From: Octopus sinensis
Lineage: Eukaryota
DNA: 64,000 nucleotides
Direction of reading: 5' to 3'
Assembly: GCF_006345805.1 (NCBI RefSeq)
Contig: NC_042999.1
Location: 94,984,001-95,048,000, forward strand
The notes under the pieces are model-generated. The model made no database searches, had not been told where the DNA came from, and worked only from the letters and a program-made list of their open reading frames with translations. This document shows, one piece after another, positions 61,201-64,000 of the stretch. Every line of letters starts with the position of its first letter. Positions within the stretch are counted from its first letter, which is position 1. The position numbers and the translations under genes are program-made.

Positions 61201-64000
61201 TTCATAGCGTACTGCTACCTTAGCTCGATCCTGAACAGTCAAGCAATTGCCCATCTGGAAAATAAAAAATCCCCATTAGTGTTGTCTGTTTAAAAAATAT
61301 TTTCGTCATGACTTCAGTGATACTAAAATTCTATAAGCAATTTCTAATGTCTGGTTACTTTCCAATCACCCTGTACATTTCGGTCTCAATCCTCATAATC
61401 TGCATTTTTCACCGCCTGCCTCTTCAATATAACCACTCCCTTTTATTTCACTCCCCCTCTCCCTTACTGCTCCTCGGAACCCCATTCACAACAATACACT
61501 CCCTACTACCGACTGCTCACCCTCACCCGACACACATCACACACCCCCTCACAACTCTCAACACATGCATATCACCATTCTCCCATCATACTGTTTCCCT
61601 AGCACATATGTATCCACTAACACTACTTACACATTCGCATATAAATACACACCTGCACTTGAGAGCACATCCACTCTCACAAGTACATGGTACTGTAGCA
61701 CTTACATGTTTTCTCACGCATACACTTTCCTTCTCCCCGCCAGCCAGCTTTACTTGATTACCTTGTTCAACACATCCCTTGTCACATACTCTCCGACTCA
61801 TCGACTCTTTAGTTCGTTATTACACATCCACGTGCGCGTGCACTTCTTACTCATCCTATCGTATTATTTCCCATCCATTTCGTTCACCTGCCAACGAGTT
61901 TTTCATATTCCTTTTCATATATTTTTTCTTCTTACTACAAGACTTACCATGCCACACGCCCCGATTGCACTTCCATGGCCTATTTCTCTCTTACATAACT
62001 TACCTCTAGAAATTATGACTGGATTCTAGCAATTTAACATCGTTAAACCCTTAGAACTCCCCTCAGCAGTATAAAAATGTTTTGGTAATAAAATACATTT
62101 TCTCCTTTTTATTCTCCCTTGCTTTGAAGCTTGTTTACGTGGTTGCACTTTCGCTTGCTTTCTCCCTTCTCAGACTTTGCACCGGTTATGTAACCGTCAC
62201 AAACTTTTCACCAGTATTTTATATGTGTGTTTGTATATTCATATTTATTTTTGTCGATGTTTTATCGTAAATTATTTTCTCTTGTTTATCTCGCTTCCTG
62301 AAATCCCACTTTCTCTTTCGTTTTAAACCCTTTACACGTGCTTATACCTTCGCTCGCTTTCTTTTACCACTTTCTGCGTACATGCGCACGGGTATGGCTG
62401 ATGCAGTTAAGAAGTTTTCAAAAAGTAAATCTTTTCTAATATGTAGTATAATTTCTATTTTACTATCATTTATAGTATTAGAAGCCACAGTAAGCTTCAG
62501 TAAAATTTGTATAATGTAGATTGAAAGTCGATGATGCTGGTTTGGGTGGATTTTAGAGTCATTTTATAATTAATATTCTTAAACCTACTAATAACTGCAT
62601 TATTGTTGAACGTTAGTTACTTTTCTAATATTGTTATTGACGTTACCTACATTTTTCGTGCAAATTAATCCGATTTCGATTTAGCAGAGTTAATTCACCT
62701 GTATTATGGGTTAGATGCAAAGATTTTTTTAAAGTACTTAAGTATAACAAACCTCGCAATCAAACCTATAATCCTATCTAATTTGTGAGCAAAATTATTA
62801 TTTTGCTTCACTTTTATATTATTACATATTTACGCGCTAGCTTTTAGTAGCTGTTACTCTCTAGTCCATGAATTTTTTTTGTTTTTCGTTTTTTTGCTTT
62901 TATTTTTGTTTTTATTTTAGTTTTAGCGATTAGCATTTTTGCACTAACCTTAAATTTGGAAAACTTTTTCGATAGCAATAATTTTAAATGCAATTATAAT
63001 CTTTCCACAAACAGGAAGAGCATTATAACCAACTAAATCAACCAAGAGCAGCTGTTCATTCAGAAATATATATATACCCACTAACTCAGTCATGTAGTAC
63101 TGAGTCAACTGTATATGAAGCTCAAGCTACCTTCACCAAACTATACTTTGCTGTAGTACACAAACGCTGTAAATATTACTGGAGGGAAATTTAAAGAGCA
63201 AGGCTTTAACCATACTTCCTTAATTAATCACACTGAAGAGACAAAACTGAAGGAATTATCTAATTGCATCTAGCAACTGAGGCAAAATTAGACTAACTAT
63301 AATAAGGTGGAAGATTTTTCAGTGTTCGAAACTATATAAAAGTAAAAATTAATTTGTAAATTTTGCGACTAAAAATAATATCATTTATAAAACCTTTCAG
63401 ATTTCTGCTAAACTTCTTGTACGCGAGATCTGAGGTATTTGCCAAATGTAAGCATGTTGACAAGCATATATTGACATCCTGCAATTTGTTATAACCACCA
63501 TACACTCCTACCTCTGCACACTTAGATATATCATCTGATTATGTCCGTACAGAATACACGCATTCATTTAACTAATTGTGTATGTGTGTGCATTCCCACC
63601 TATATATACTACACTATCCAGTAACATTCTTTTCTCAATATTTTTATTATTCTTTACCTTTCAACTTATATTATTTTTAATTTTAATTTTCTTTTCATAA
63701 ATTTCCTTTAGTTTTTATTCTCTCATTTTCTGCAATTTCCAAAACTTACGTGGATATATGTAACTTATATTAATTTCCTGTTTGTTCTTTAAACTCTGTG
63801 TGTGTGTGTGTGTGTGTGGTGTATGTGTGTGTGTGTGTGTGTGTGTGTTGCTATGAGTTTTAAGAGACTTCATCAGCGAACAGCTCAACTTAGAAGGCAA
63901 GCGAAGTTTTGCTTGCGCGCGAACGGTTCAGTATTTCTTGTTCTACACGATCATTTAGCCTACCAGAAATAACAACTAAATCTCTTTTAAATCTCACCGT

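Overview
AT-rich eukaryotic genomic DNA, dense in microsatellites, with no host protein-coding exon I can support. Nearly all ORFs in the track are translated microsatellites or transposon debris. The SINE families and repeat landscape suggest an octopus (coleoid cephalopod) intergenic or intronic region; this is an inference. The window holds at least four tRNA-headed SINE types plus one abundant headless repeat. It also holds fragments of CR1-like, RTE, Tx1/L1, R4/Dong and Penelope-like retroelements, and of Merlin, Tc1/mariner and Tigger/pogo DNA transposons, with several MITE-like inverted repeats. The most interesting signal is a set of short (~100-210 bp) non-coding elements sitting in (TA)n tracts. 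They carry minimal type-I hammerhead ribozyme folds (5 near-complete motifs in 4 subfamilies, with a compensatory stem I change), resembling Penelope-dependent retrozyme-like mini-elements. Other notable items are an RTE 3' end with three C2H2 fingers, two cleanly resolvable nested insertions, an inverted Penelope, and a 5-SINE inverted cluster that could form long dsRNA. All analysis was by eye, so element boundaries are approximate (about +/-10-30 bp) unless stated otherwise.
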